Source: Vicugna vicugna (lineage: Eukaryota). Taken from it: a stretch of DNA of 64,000 nucleotides. The stretch covers positions 1,438,753 to 1,502,752 of the forward strand of contig MU057560.1 of assembly GCA_013265495.1 (NCBI GenBank). Reading direction: 5' to 3'. Position 1 is the stretch's first letter. Every line of letters starts with the position of its first letter. The notes below the pieces were generated by a model. It saw nothing but the letters and a program-made list of their open reading frames with translations. It was not told the origin of the DNA and did not search any database. Made by a program: the position numbers and the translations under genes. Shown here piece by piece: positions 63,673 through 64,000 of the stretch.

Positions 63673-63740
63673 GAGGTTCCTCCCGCCCTAAGCCTCACGT
63701 CCTGGAGGTTCCTCCCGCCCTAAGCCTCACGTCCTGGAGG
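63673..63740 (+). repeat. Perfect 32-bp tandem duplication
   Basis: GAGGTTCCTCCCGCCCTAAGCCTCACGTCCTG at 63673-63704 and 63705-63736, followed by GAGG. Confidence 0.97.
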
Positions 63741-64000
63741 GGACTACTGTGAGCTCTGTGACGGCATCTCAGCCTTCCAGGGTGCGAGCGTGCGCGCCCT
63801 CACATGGGACAGCGCATTCCGTGTTCCTCGTCCCCAGAACCCAGCGCTGGGGGGAAGCTAGCGTTTACTCTGGAATCCCAAATTTCGGGAAAGCTAATGT
63901 AAGTTCTTTCAACTATGCGTTATCACTCATCGATGCCAGAGGCTTTCTAGTTAATAGAATAAATGCTAAATCTTCATCAGAGGAAACAGTGGCTTCTTAA

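Noticed and set aside
63673..63740. CRISPR-like 32-bp repeat
   Set aside because: Two abutting copies with no spacer in mammalian DNA; a simple tandem duplication.
1..64000. Prokaryote-style novel system (operon, defence locus, retron, CRISPR)
   Set aside because: The sequence is repeat-rich mammalian DNA with no gene-dense coding organisation.

Overview
Mammalian (eutherian) genomic DNA, not prokaryotic. The youngest L1 3' ends are cetartiodactyl-type and look most like camelid L1, which is inference from recalled family motifs. The window is dominated by interspersed repeats: L1 of several ages, MLT1 and MER21-like LTRs, MER63B/MER5-like DNA transposon fossils, and MIR/L2 remnants. I could not recognise any protein-coding gene, RNA gene or CRISPR array. 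The only ORFs I can assign are L1 ORF2 remnants, so the region is probably intergenic, intronic or lncRNA. The best-supported observations are: two twin-primed (5'-inverted) L1 insertions with target-site duplications; a tail-to-tail L1 pair forming a ~200-bp inverted repeat; an unexplained ~60-80-bp direct duplication 2.2 kb apart; strongly GC/CpG-shifted old L1 sequence at 57-60 kb; two transcription-factor motif clusters (25.1-25.9 kb and 50.05-50.11 kb); and low-confidence candidate exons. I found no convincing new biological system. Repeat family names come from memory of consensus sequences, and repeat boundaries are approximate unless TSD coordinates are given.
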